Shown here: positions 40,362-49,154 of the stretch, piece by piece
Numbering within the stretch: the first letter of the stretch is position 1
Layout of the letters: every line of letters begins with the position of its first letter
Assembly: GCA_001782805.1 (NCBI GenBank)
Contig: MFPT01000004.1
Location: 41,294-105,293, forward strand
DNA length: 64,000 nt
Source of the DNA: Candidatus Magasanikbacteria bacterium RIFCSPHIGHO2_01_FULL_41_23
Lineage (GTDB): Bacteria > Patescibacteriota > Patescibacteriia > Magasanikbacterales > UBA922
Direction: 5' to 3'
Notes under the pieces: model-generated
Databases searched by the model: none
The model's input: the letters and a program-made list of their open reading frames with translations, nothing else
Told to the model about the DNA's origin: nothing
Program-made: the position numbers and the translations under genes

Positions 40362-40723
40362 TCCGTTTCCTAAGTCTTAAGCAAACTTCGTGAGACCATT
40401 TTTCTCGACCCTCGACCCTTCGACAAGCTCAGGGTAAACAGGCTCGGGCATCGAGAAAAAGATCTCACTCCAGTTTACTTATTAGGTATATTGAATGTTT
40501 CGGTGTTGCATTGGTGGGGAATTTCAGTAATAGGTAATTTTCTTTTTCAGTAATGTGTATGAGCTTTCTTACTACTTACTTGGTTAAAGTAGATTTAATA
40601 TATCAATAAGGATAGAAACTAGGGAGAGGAGAAGAATAGCGAGTTTTACTGAAAAGAAAATTACCTATTACTGAAATTACTGTTGAATTGATGTAAGTTG
40701 TAACTTATTTTAATTTCCTAAAT
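40362..40723. repeat. Mosaic MITE-like intergenic repeat, copy D (TIR + inverted hairpin module + 180-bp inverted-repeat module), inside uvrA 3' UTR
   Basis: Hairpin module is the reverse complement of that in copy B. Right half is nearly identical to copy C. A terminator hairpin follows at 40746-40774. Confidence 0.85.
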
Positions 40724-40745
40724 GTTTTTAGGATAAATAAAAAAT

Positions 40746-40774
40746 CCTCGTGATAAGCGGGGATTTTTTATTCC
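40746..40774 (+). terminator. Rho-independent terminator of uvrA transcript
   Basis: aaaaaatcctcgtgataagcggggatttttt: 7-bp stem with one G-U pair, then a T-run. Confidence 0.6.
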
Positions 40775-40805
40775 TAAATTATTTCTAAAACTAAAAATAA
40801 TAATT

Positions 40806-41400
40806 GGTGGACGAGGCAGCTTCGTCCGTGTTCTCCTTGTTGGTTGTTGTGTGAACCGGAACTTTCATCACTGCCGCCCACCGAAGTGGGTGATGAAAGT
40901 GCGGCGCCGAACGAGGCCGCTACTCGATGTGCTGAACGCCGAAGACGATGATCCGGATCTCCGAATCCTCGGTCGTCGTCGCCGGCCGCTCGATCGGGAT
41001 GTCGGCGTTGATCGCGTCCTGGAGGAGCTTGGTCGCCGCCTCCACAGGAAGACCCTGACCGACCGACGAGGACATCATCGAGATGGCGTCGGCCAAGCAG
41101 GCGATCCGCAGGCTCTGCGCGCAGAACGGGCTGTGGAAGTACCCGCTCTCGTAGCGGTAGCCGTGGGTCTCATCCGCCGACAACTTCTTGCTCCGGATGA
41201 TCTCGGCGATCTTGCCCATGTTGGGCGCCAATCGCTCGCCGACCAGCCGGATGAAGCCCGCCCCGATCTCGACGATGTCGATCCCGTGGTTCACGACGGC
41301 CAAGCCCACGGCCGTGTTCAGGTCAGCGCGGGTCCAGACCCGGCCGACCTCCTCGTCGTCGACCATCACGACGCCGTACCGGACGCCCAAGAACCCGAAC
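40806..41400. other. GC-rich (~60+% GC) compositional island in a ~40% GC genome; probable horizontally acquired DNA
   Basis: Abrupt switch from A/T-rich to G/C-rich sequence with GC-rich third codon positions. The frames on the opposite strand are Arg/Asp-rich junk, as expected for the antisense of high-GC coding DNA. Confidence 0.8.
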
Positions 41401-41453
41401 AACTTACACTTGTTGTTTTCCTCGAAAAAGAGCCCTTTCATGATGTTCTCCAT
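40920..41453 (-). CDS. Hypothetical 177-aa protein of foreign (high-GC) origin
   Basis: Single coherent ORF MENIMKGLFFEENNKCKLFGFLGVRYGVVMVDDEEVGRV.... The first ~20 codons are AT-rich and the rest GC-rich. I cannot assign a family from memory. Confidence 0.55.
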   Translation of the reverse strand: MENIMKGLFFEENNKCKLFGFLGVRYGVVMVDDEEVGRVWTRADLNTAVGLAVVNHGIDIVEIGAGFIRLVGERLAPNMGKIAEIIRSKKLSADETHGYRYESGYFHSPFCAQSLRIACLADAISMMSSSVGQGLPVEAATKLLQDAINADIPIERPATTTEDSEIRIIVFGVQHIE

Positions 41454-41612
41454 GTCTATGTTTTGATTATCGATTGCTCGATACCCTCGTCATCAATAAC
41501 ATTTCTGGTTTTGGTTTTGTTGAGGGGAGAGAAAAGACGATTGTTCATCTGCTTTCTGCCCAACACAATTGGGCACATTTAATCAGAGAGAGAGAGAATT
41601 GTCAATAGAGAC

Positions 41613-41647
41613 AAAAAAAATCCCCCGATTATTTGGAGGATTTTTTG
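41613..41647 (-). terminator. Rho-independent terminator of rplS (bidirectional-looking)
   Basis: aaaaaaaatcccccgattatttggaggattttttt. Confidence 0.7.
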
Positions 41648-41661
41648 AATGGAATAATTTT

Positions 41662-41994
41662 TTAAACTTTGGGCGCCTTAACTTCTTTTAATTTCTTTTT
41701 ATAATCACGCAAATAATATGGCCGCGCCTGATTTACTTTCATATGACGCACGAGTTCAATTTTTTCTACGACCGGCGAATGAATGGGAAAAATTTTTTCC
41801 ACGCCCACGCCTTCGGAAACTTTGCGCACGGTTACCGTCGCGCCCTGTTCTTTGCCATGTTTTTGCGCCAAAATCATCCCTTCAAAAATCTGAATACGTT
41901 CTTTTTCTTCACCTTTGGTATTGATTTCCTTAACTTTTTGGTGAACTTTAACAATCATGCCGGGCTTAAGGTTCAAACGAATATCTTCGGACAT
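41662..41994 (-). CDS. rplS: 50S ribosomal protein L19
   Basis: 110 aa. KPGMIVKVHQKV...RIQIFEGMILA is typical L19. Confidence 0.9.
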   Translation of the reverse strand: MSEDIRLNLKPGMIVKVHQKVKEINTKGEEKERIQIFEGMILAQKHGKEQGATVTVRKVSEGVGVEKIFPIHSPVVEKIELVRHMKVNQARPYYLRDYKKKLKEVKAPKV

Positions 41995-42021
41995 AAAATA
42001 ATAATTAAAAGCAGTGCTAGT

Positions 42022-42591
42022 TTAGCTGGTTTGGTCAATCTTGTCAAGGATGGCCTTCACATCAACGACCGTTTTATCGAATTTGCCGTGAACATTGATT
42101 ACACTATAGGTAAACGTTGCGGCTTGCGTAATTTCCTCCCGAGCAACCGCCAAACGACGAGCAATGTCCTCGGTTGTGGATCCGGGACGACGTTTGAGAT
42201 TTTCTTCGAGCATACTGAGTGAATCCGGTTCCAAAAAAATGGAAACTTGTCGAATCGGCAACACCGCCAAACTGTTTTTGCCGCGTACATCAATGGGCGC
42301 GAACACGTAGGGATGATGTTCGAGCATTGTAGTTAATAATTTTTTATCAACTCCATAATAATGTTCGACATATTGGATATGTTCCACAAAATCTCCCTCA
42401 ACAATCTTGTAAATAAATTCGGAGCGAGTTAAAAAATGATAATCAACGCCGTTAATTTCACCCGGACGTGGTGGTCGAGTGGTGCTCGTGACCAAACGAA
42501 CTGAATCCGGCAATTGACGGATGAGTTCGTTGATAACGGTGGTTTTACCGCCGCCCGAAGGCGATGAAATTACAACCAACAAACCGTTCAT
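42022..42591 (-). CDS. gmk: Guanylate kinase
   Basis: P-loop SSPSGGGKTT and STTRPPRPGEINGVDYHF motifs. Confidence 0.9.
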   Translation of the reverse strand: MNGLLVVISSPSGGGKTTVINELIRQLPDSVRLVTSTTRPPRPGEINGVDYHFLTRSEFIYKIVEGDFVEHIQYVEHYYGVDKKLLTTMLEHHPYVFAPIDVRGKNSLAVLPIRQVSIFLEPDSLSMLEENLKRRPGSTTEDIARRLAVAREEITQAATFTYSVINVHGKFDKTVVDVKAILDKIDQTS

Positions 42592-43580
42592 AGAGATTTA
42601 AGTCCGGCTAAGACTGTTTTTAATTTTTCCGGCAAAGGAATTGCAAACGTAACGATTTCATTATTTTGATTATGAAATTCCAAATGATAGGAATGTAAAA
42701 ATACGCGGCCTATTTTTTTGTCAATTTCACGTTTTATATTTTTATTAAAATAAAGCGGATCACCCACCAGCGGATGATTATAGGCAAAAAAATGCACGCG
42801 AATTTGATGAGTACGGCCCGTGTGAAGAGTAATATCGCAATAGGTATAATTAATATATTCTTGCAAAACCGTAAATTCAGTCAAAGCCACGCGACCATCC
42901 TGAATACTGTCAACATTTTTTAGCGTGACTTCCGTAATATTTGGTCGCGCAACCATGCGACCATCTTTGCCGCGCGCCACCAAAAAATTTAAAAAACCAT
43001 GTTCAATCGGAAGTTTTCCATGCGCGAGCGCGTAATATTTTTTTATGACCGAACGACTTCTAAATTGTTCTTTAAGATGTTCGAAACTAGCCGCTGTCTT
43101 GGCCACTACCATCAGACCGGATGTATCTTTGTCCAAACGATGAACCATGCCCGGACGATTGACATATTCACCGACTTTGTCCAACTTGGGATAATTTTGC
43201 AATAACCAACCGGTTAATGTATTCGATTCCGCCAATGCTTTTTTTCCTACAACCGTGGCATCGGGATGCACAATCAGGCCGGCCGGTTTATTGATCACAA
43301 TATAATCTGGAGTTTCGTTGATAATTTTTATTTCAGAAAATAAATCAATCGAATTTATTTTTTTTTCTTTTGTTATGGGTATCTGGCTGGTTTCAAAAAC
43401 CATAACTGTATCACCCGCTTTCAGCTGATCACCCATTTTTTTGGGCTCTTGATCATTAATAAAAACCTGCTTCATTTTTATAAGCTTTTGCACTTGGGAA
43501 CGAGTTACATTCATTTCCGTCGTAAGCCAAACATCAAGCCGAGCGATTACACCAGTAGGAACAAGGTATTTTTTTTGCAT
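42588..43580 (-). CDS. rluD: RluA-family pseudouridine synthase with N-terminal S4 domain (RluD-like)
   Basis: Catalytic HRLDKDTSGL motif. S4-like N-terminus. Confidence 0.85.
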   Translation of the reverse strand: MQKKYLVPTGVIARLDVWLTTEMNVTRSQVQKLIKMKQVFINDQEPKKMGDQLKAGDTVMVFETSQIPITKEKKINSIDLFSEIKIINETPDYIVINKPAGLIVHPDATVVGKKALAESNTLTGWLLQNYPKLDKVGEYVNRPGMVHRLDKDTSGLMVVAKTAASFEHLKEQFRSRSVIKKYYALAHGKLPIEHGFLNFLVARGKDGRMVARPNITEVTLKNVDSIQDGRVALTEFTVLQEYINYTYCDITLHTGRTHQIRVHFFAYNHPLVGDPLYFNKNIKREIDKKIGRVFLHSYHLEFHNQNNEIVTFAIPLPEKLKTVLAGLKSL

Positions 43581-43644
43581 ATGGCTGGGATTATACAGGT
43601 TATTCTTGAAAAATCAAGAGGGGCATGATAGATTAGGCTCGCAC

Positions 43645-43719
43645 GCTCTCGTCGTCTAAAGGATATGACATCGGCCTCCGAAGCCGAAAATCCAGGTTCA
43701 ATTCCTGGCGAGAGCACCA
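43645..43719 (+). tRNA. tRNA-Arg (anticodon CCG)
   Basis: Cloverleaf: acceptor GCTCTCG/CGAGAGC, anticodon stem TCGGC/GCCGA with loop CTCCGAA, T-arm CCAGGTTCAATTCCTGG, encoded CCA. The D-stem has only 3 bp. Confidence 0.65.
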
Positions 43720-43737
43720 TATTCTTACATGTGTATT

Positions 43738-43860
43738 GATTAAAATAAAAATGGAACCCCGACAAGTCGGGATAAACTCCTTAAGCTTTTTTGAGCCCGA
43801 TATTTATGAGGGTCTCAGAAAAAGATTTGCAGTGAATTTTTATTTTAATTTCCTTAGATG
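43738..43860. repeat. Type-2 MITE-like element, second full copy (immediately 3' of tRNA-Arg)
   Basis: About 95% identical to 17861-17981. Confidence 0.8.
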
Positions 43861-44070
43861 AATTTAATTTTAAAATAAAAAGTTATACACACCCATTCCA
43901 TAAAACTATTCCCAAAAAACATAAAACACTTTATACTAATTACAAAAGGTCGTAACGAAAATTTTTTTTAATAAAATTTTCCGAGAAACTTTTACAGCAA
44001 TGCTTGTCTTGTAAAAATTCTCATCATTGCGCGTCCGTTACCATTTGGTGTGTACCATGGTCATATCAAA

Positions 44071-44090
44071 AAGATGTGCGCGCACATCTT
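44071..44090 (+). promoter_or_regulatory. 20-bp perfect palindrome (putative operator/attenuator) just upstream of SD of micropeptide gene
   Basis: aagatgtgcgcgcacatctt, followed by taatctcGGAGGtgaatatttATG. Confidence 0.45.
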
Positions 44091-44111
44091 TAATCTCGGA
44101 GGTGAATATTT

Positions 44112-44216
44112 ATGGCAAAAGCTAAAGCAAAAAGTAAGGCAAAAAGTAAGGCAAAAGCTAAAGCTCCTAAACGGAGAGCTGCCGCTCGCAAGCCTAAAGC
44201 TAAGAAGAAGAAATAA
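44112..44216 (+). CDS. 34-aa Lys/Ala-repeat basic micropeptide (MAKAKAKSKAKSKAKAKAPKRRAAARKPKAKKKK); histone-H1/HU-tail-like or ribosome-associated
   Basis: Strong SD GGAGG 7 nt upstream, ATG start, TAA stop, followed by a perfect terminator. The ORF track's longer 44050-44274 frame is a different, implausible frame. Confidence 0.55.
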   Translation: MAKAKAKSKAKSKAKAKAPKRRAAARKPKAKKKK

Positions 44217-44225
44217 TTCTTCTCA

Positions 44226-44258
44226 TAAAAAATCCTCCTATAAATCGGAGGATTTTTT
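44226..44258 (+). terminator. Rho-independent terminator (serves micropeptide gene; also faces convergent PHP gene)
   Basis: aaaaaatcctcctataaatcggaggatttttt: 8-bp perfect stem. Confidence 0.75.
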
Positions 44259-44270
44259 AATCCAAAAAAA

Positions 44271-45548
44271 TTAACTGAGATCAAAACTTTTTTGTTCTGT
44301 TTTTTTTCTTTCATTATCACCAAAAACTTTGACCACGCCAAATATACCATCATATCCCGGTTTAACATAAATATTTCCCTCACGAACGCGGCCTAACGCT
44401 TCGGCAATTTCAGGCGACGACACTGTTTGCACAAGAGACAAATCAGCCTGAAGTAAAATATAAAATTCACTGCCGATTTTTTTAATTAACGTATCGTAAA
44501 TTTGTGTAACTGCTTTTGAACTCACGCCAACGCCAATAGTATCTGCAATAATCTCGGGCAAAGGCACCAAATTTTTAAATGGCACGCGATTTAAAGTGCG
44601 CGCCTCGATTTCTGTTCGCGTTGATAATTCCGCCACGCGATTCATGACACCAATGGTCAAACCACGTCCGCATTTTGGACACAGACCGCGGTATTTTTTC
44701 GTATCATTCGGCGGACAGGAAAATTCACAAGTCGCATGGCCATCATAATGATATTTTCCTTCTTCCGGATAAAATTCAATCGTGTATAAAAATTTCGCAC
44801 GATCGCCTGTTTCAATAATCCGCTTAATTTCCGCATACGTAATGTCGCTTTCTTGTTCAAAGGAAAAAACATTGGCTTCACGACCAAGTTTTTGTGGACT
44901 ATGCGCGTCAGAATTGGAAATTAAAGTGATTCCATCGACTGCCGGCACTTGCCAATTCATGAGTGGATCGCTGGATAATCCGGTTTCAATCGCGTGAATA
45001 TGCGGAGTTAAGTCTTCAAACGCGTCCGACAGTGAATCATAACCGCCTTTGGATCCAAAAATACCAAACCATGGTGTCCACGCATGAGCGGGAATTACCA
45101 TCATCTGCGGATCAGCTTCCAGCGCCACGGTCAAAATATCTTTGGAAGTCAAACCCAAAATCGGTCGGCCATCAGCGCGAATATTACAACCAAGTTCAGT
45201 TAATTTTTTATTAAATTTTTTGACAGCCGCAAAATTAGGCGCAAAAATTAAATGATGCACGCGCCGCAATTTACCCGCGTGTTTTTTAATTGAAGCAACT
45301 TCAGTCCCTAAAATGAAACGAGTTGATTCCGACCTGTCGGGATTATTTTTTAAGGAAAAAATTCCGGAAGCACTTTCAAATAATTCTTGTTCTAACATCT
45401 CCAACCATTGGGGATGCGTAAAATCGCCCGTAGAAACAATATCAATTCCCCGCGTAACACAGGCTCGCGCAATTGTTTCCGGTATCAAATTTTTGGAACA
45501 AGCGCGTGAATAGCGTGAATGAATATGAAGATCAAGAATTTTTTCCAT
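44271..45548 (-). CDS. PHP-domain protein with C4 zinc finger, endonuclease Q (EndoQ/TIGR00375)-like
   Basis: N-terminal PHP motif LDLHIHSRYS. Internal CEFSCPPNDTKKYRGLCPKCG zinc ribbon. 425 aa. Confidence 0.6.
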   Translation of the reverse strand: MEKILDLHIHSRYSRACSKNLIPETIARACVTRGIDIVSTGDFTHPQWLEMLEQELFESASGIFSLKNNPDRSESTRFILGTEVASIKKHAGKLRRVHHLIFAPNFAAVKKFNKKLTELGCNIRADGRPILGLTSKDILTVALEADPQMMVIPAHAWTPWFGIFGSKGGYDSLSDAFEDLTPHIHAIETGLSSDPLMNWQVPAVDGITLISNSDAHSPQKLGREANVFSFEQESDITYAEIKRIIETGDRAKFLYTIEFYPEEGKYHYDGHATCEFSCPPNDTKKYRGLCPKCGRGLTIGVMNRVAELSTRTEIEARTLNRVPFKNLVPLPEIIADTIGVGVSSKAVTQIYDTLIKKIGSEFYILLQADLSLVQTVSSPEIAEALGRVREGNIYVKPGYDGIFGVVKVFGDNERKKTEQKSFDLS

Positions 45549-45572
45549 ATATGATGAGCTTGTCGAATCACA

Positions 45573-46268
45573 TTATTCAGTACTCAATGATATATCTCGA
45601 TCACGAATTTGAATGCGCGCAATTTTTACTTCGGGAATTTCCACCACAAATGATTCGCCGATTATCCACATATCCAAATCATCATACAAAGCCACTGACA
45701 ATTCATTGGTACCGGGCAATACTGTAATATTATTCCAATTAGTTATTTGTTGACCGTTAATGGCCAGCCGCACTTTGTAATCGGTTAAATGTGATTCAAC
45801 TTCAATGGTCAACGGCCGGCGATAAGCCGGTAATTTTTTTTGTACTAATGTGTTAATACTGTTCGCAATCCGATCATAACGCCAACGAGACAAAGCACCA
45901 GTAATGAACGACTGTCCCAAATTACTTTTGGTAATCACATTAGTGCCGATAATCAAAGAAATGGAATCGCCGCCACGATCATACACTTCTTTAGTTTTAG
46001 TTTTAATGGTAGAAAAAAAATACCAACGCAACGTAGTATACACAGTGTTCATTTCTTTTTGCGAAACTGAAAAATTAACTTTTTGTTCAACACCATTATA
46101 ATAATGCTGATACACGCCGCCATTAGTGGACAGATCAATGTGTGTTCTTTCCGGATACAGACCGCCATCACGATCATACTGAACATGCAAATCAGTTGGC
46201 AGAGCGCCCAAAAGCAGATGTGGCACGAGCACACCTACCACAACACTAATGACCAAAAAATTCTTCAT
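45573..46268 (-). CDS. Hypothetical secreted protein
   Basis: Signal-peptide-like N-terminus MKNFLVISVVVGVLVPHLLLGA. No motifs recognised. Confidence 0.45.
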   Translation of the reverse strand: MKNFLVISVVVGVLVPHLLLGALPTDLHVQYDRDGGLYPERTHIDLSTNGGVYQHYYNGVEQKVNFSVSQKEMNTVYTTLRWYFFSTIKTKTKEVYDRGGDSISLIIGTNVITKSNLGQSFITGALSRWRYDRIANSINTLVQKKLPAYRRPLTIEVESHLTDYKVRLAINGQQITNWNNITVLPGTNELSVALYDDLDMWIIGESFVVEIPEVKIARIQIRDRDISLSTE

Positions 46269-46283
46269 AAAAATATTACAGAA

Positions 46284-47033
46284 TCACACGGACGTTGTTC
46301 CAATATATTCAATATCTTCCGGAGTCAATCGTCGGATCCCTTCATCGTTAGTTATTTCTTCAACAATATGGGCAACGAGTCCGGGAACGCGGGCAATTAC
46401 AAATATACCATTTCCTATGCGCGCGTCAAAGCCCATATCACAAAGAATTGCCGCAATCGCGCCATCAACATTCAGTGGAAGTTTTTTGGATGAAATTGAA
46501 TTTAATCCGATTTCAATTTTTTGGGCAAACGTCGCATACTGACCATATATCCCAGTTTCTTTGGCAATTTTAAACAATGCTTGCGTACGCGGATCAACTG
46601 CAAAAATTTTGTGACCAAATCCGGACGCATATTCTTTGCGTTCCTTCATATTTTTAAGAAGTGCTACGATATCAGACTCGTCAACATGATCATAAAAAAA
46701 TTTCATCGCCGGTTCAACTACCACACCATGCCGACCACCCAGTCCAAGCAAACCGGCCGCAACCGAAGTGTGCAAATCATTTTTGGCCGAAGCCGAAATT
46801 CGGGCGTTCATCGCCGAACTTGTTGCCGGACCATGATCAATGATCGCGGTAAAAATGGCATTCATCATTTTTGTTTGTTCCGAAGTCGGTAAATGACCTT
46901 TCAAAATCAAAAAAATTGTTTCGACAAAAGTTTTGTTGGCAATTAAATCCGCCAAATTATGTCCACGAATAATTTCCGTGCCGTCGGTTTGAATGTTCGT
47001 GATTGCGGTTTTGAATTTCATATTAATTGTCAA
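46284..47033 (-). CDS. Citrate-synthase-like protein (citryl-CoA lyase-like / ATP-citrate lyase C-terminal-domain-like)
   Basis: 249 aa. Citrate-synthase catalytic motifs SGFGHKIF (GxGHxV His) and VDPRTQAL (DPR Asp). No full-length citrate synthase large domain. Confidence 0.6.
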   Translation of the reverse strand: MTINMKFKTAITNIQTDGTEIIRGHNLADLIANKTFVETIFLILKGHLPTSEQTKMMNAIFTAIIDHGPATSSAMNARISASAKNDLHTSVAAGLLGLGGRHGVVVEPAMKFFYDHVDESDIVALLKNMKERKEYASGFGHKIFAVDPRTQALFKIAKETGIYGQYATFAQKIEIGLNSISSKKLPLNVDGAIAAILCDMGFDARIGNGIFVIARVPGLVAHIVEEITNDEGIRRLTPEDIEYIGTTSV

Positions 47034-47077
47034 AATAAAAATGGAATCCCGACATGTCGGGATTATTTTAATCTAAA

Positions 47078-47968
47078 TTAAGAATGGGGTTTGATTAATA
47101 GAACTAAATCTTCGTATTTCTCCGCAATCATCACCCCAACATCACTCAACGCCTTTTCTTTTTCCACCGCGCCTTTCCCCTTCTCCACAATCGCGCCGGC
47201 ATGACCGATATTCATTCCCTCCGGGAGGATATTCGCGAATTTTCCCCCAATATAGATAGCGAGTGGTTTAGTATATTCGTCATTATTGATTAAGTCAACA
47301 ATCTCAAATTCATAACTGCCGCCGTGTTCGCCAAAAATAACCACGGCTTTTGTCTGATCATCTTTTTCAAATAAACGTAGTAAATCAGCATAAGTTGTAC
47401 CCATCAACAAATCACCGCCCACATGCACGGCTGTGCTTTGGCCCAAGCCAGCCTGGCGCAATTGCCATGAAATTTCATTGGTCATCCCACCGGAACGAGA
47501 AATTACTCCAATTGATCCAGGAGAAAAAATTTCATTAACCAATGGACCACCGACCACGCCAATGCGTCCAACTCCCGGAGAAATAAAACCGAGTGAACTG
47601 GGACCAATAATGGTAATATTTTTTTCTTTGGCCGCGGCCAAACAATAAGCTGTATCTTTAATGGGAATGCGTTCCACGATCGTGTTGATTAAGGGAATGT
47701 CGTTATTAATTGCTTCCAAAATTGCGGCTTTGGCCGCAAATGGTGGAACATAAATTGCGCTGATATTTATTTCAGGAAATTGCGTTTTGGCTTCAGTAAT
47801 GAAATTAAATACCGGTTTACCTTCCACTTCTTGACCAGCCTTATTGGGAGTAACGCCACAGACTACATTGGTGTTATAATCCAACATCGCGCGCGCGGCT
47901 TTGGCGCCTTCTTTGCCCGTAATCCCTTGGACGAGAACGTGAGTTTGAGTAGTGATGAGAATACTCAT
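47078..47968 (-). CDS. Succinyl-CoA-synthetase alpha-like CoA-binding/phosphohistidine subunit
   Basis: CoA-binding Rossmann fold N-terminus and phosphohistidine loop MNIGHAGAIV. Confidence 0.8.
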   Translation of the reverse strand: MSILITTQTHVLVQGITGKEGAKAARAMLDYNTNVVCGVTPNKAGQEVEGKPVFNFITEAKTQFPEINISAIYVPPFAAKAAILEAINNDIPLINTIVERIPIKDTAYCLAAAKEKNITIIGPSSLGFISPGVGRIGVVGGPLVNEIFSPGSIGVISRSGGMTNEISWQLRQAGLGQSTAVHVGGDLLMGTTYADLLRLFEKDDQTKAVVIFGEHGGSYEFEIVDLINNDEYTKPLAIYIGGKFANILPEGMNIGHAGAIVEKGKGAVEKEKALSDVGVMIAEKYEDLVLLIKPHS

Positions 47969-47969
47969 A

Positions 47970-49154
47970 TTATTTTTTCTTTATCATTTCGGCCAATACT
48001 TCGGCCGTCTCACTCATGCTCGTTTCTTTACCAAAAATTTTCATATTCAAATTATTTCTGATCGCGCATTCCTGCATTAAAGTTAAACCTTCTTTTTCAA
48101 ACGGCCCGGCACGACGAACGACAATCGGATAGTTTGGTTTTATTTCATCAAGCACGTCCGCGATTCCCTGAAATGTTTCCGCGATATTCGTAAAATTCGC
48201 GACTCCGCCCGCAATCCACAATCCACGCAAATTTGGTTTGGATAAAACAATTTTCGCCAGCGCGTAGACTTTTTCACGTGGCGGATTGCCGGAATATTCC
48301 GTGTAATTCGCCGGCTTCAATCCGGTTTTTAAAAGCGCGTCCATATTAGCGATACTGGCTCCGCCTCCGGAAAACAAAATCGCGATATCTCCATCCATTT
48401 CCATATATTTTCCCGCTGTTCCTTGATAATATTTTTCACCTTCGTCAATTTTTTTCACGGCAATTTCGCGTTCAGTCGGAGCACGACCAAGCATCGTGCG
48501 CGGTTCCAATACTTCCCATTCTTTATGTTTGTAAAAAGCATCATCATCCAGCGCCACTTTAGCATCGGCCGCAATCCAACGACCGTCCACGGTCTTGATT
48601 AAAGGATTAATTTCCACGACACGCGTGTCTTCGGCCAAAAAACAATTCCACAATGATCGCGCGATCGGTTCAAGATTTTCATTACTAAAATCATTATGTA
48701 AAGTTGATAATAATGTAATCTCACTATTACGTACATCCAATCCAATTTTGACAATCTTTTCTTCCGCCACATCTTCAATATCCATTCCTCCGGATTGCGA
48801 ATAAATCAGCATCGGCTGTTTTCTATTGGTATCGTACGTAATGGAAATATAATGTTCTTCGGCAATATTTAATTTTTCTTCAATCAGCACCGCGGACACA
48901 TATTGTCCGCGAATGTTTATGGTGAACAATGTATCACAGACTGTACGAACTTCTTCGGACGAACCACAAAATTTAATCCCGTTATTTTTGCCACGTTTTC
49001 CTGACAACACTTGGGCTTTAACTACAACGTCTTTAATTCCCAACTCATTATATTTTTGTATCGCATCATCACCACGACGAACAACAACCCCTTTTGGAAT
49101 CGCGATACCATGTTTTTTAAATAATTGTTTGCCTTCAAATTCGTAGAGGTTCAT
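47970..49154 (-). CDS. Succinyl-CoA-synthetase beta-like ATP-grasp subunit
   Basis: MNLYEFEGKQLFKKHGIAIPKG ATP-grasp N-terminus. About 395 aa. Confidence 0.8.
   Translation of the reverse strand: MNLYEFEGKQLFKKHGIAIPKGVVVRRGDDAIQKYNELGIKDVVVKAQVLSGKRGKNNGIKFCGSSEEVRTVCDTLFTINIRGQYVSAVLIEEKLNIAEEHYISITYDTNRKQPMLIYSQSGGMDIEDVAEEKIVKIGLDVRNSEITLLSTLHNDFSNENLEPIARSLWNCFLAEDTRVVEINPLIKTVDGRWIAADAKVALDDDAFYKHKEWEVLEPRTMLGRAPTEREIAVKKIDEGEKYYQGTAGKYMEMDGDIAILFSGGGASIANMDALLKTGLKPANYTEYSGNPPREKVYALAKIVLSKPNLRGLWIAGGVANFTNIAETFQGIADVLDEIKPNYPIVVRRAGPFEKEGLTLMQECAIRNNLNMKIFGKETSMSETAEVLAEMIKKK

Noticed and set aside
40851-41582. 243-aa plus-strand ORF across the GC-rich island
   Set aside because: Arg/Asp/Pro-rich with no hydrophobic core, the typical antisense artefact of high-GC coding DNA. 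The minus-strand 177-aa frame has a coherent globular composition.
41583-41600. (GA)7 microsatellite next to the GC island
   Set aside because: Too short to call a functional repeat. Noted only as a possible junction feature.
44050-44274. 74-aa plus-strand ORF from the track (MYHGHIKKMCAHIF...)
   Set aside because: It reads through the palindrome, the SD and the real micro-ORF in a different frame, and through the terminator hairpin. It was replaced by the 34-aa frame with proper SD, ATG and stop.
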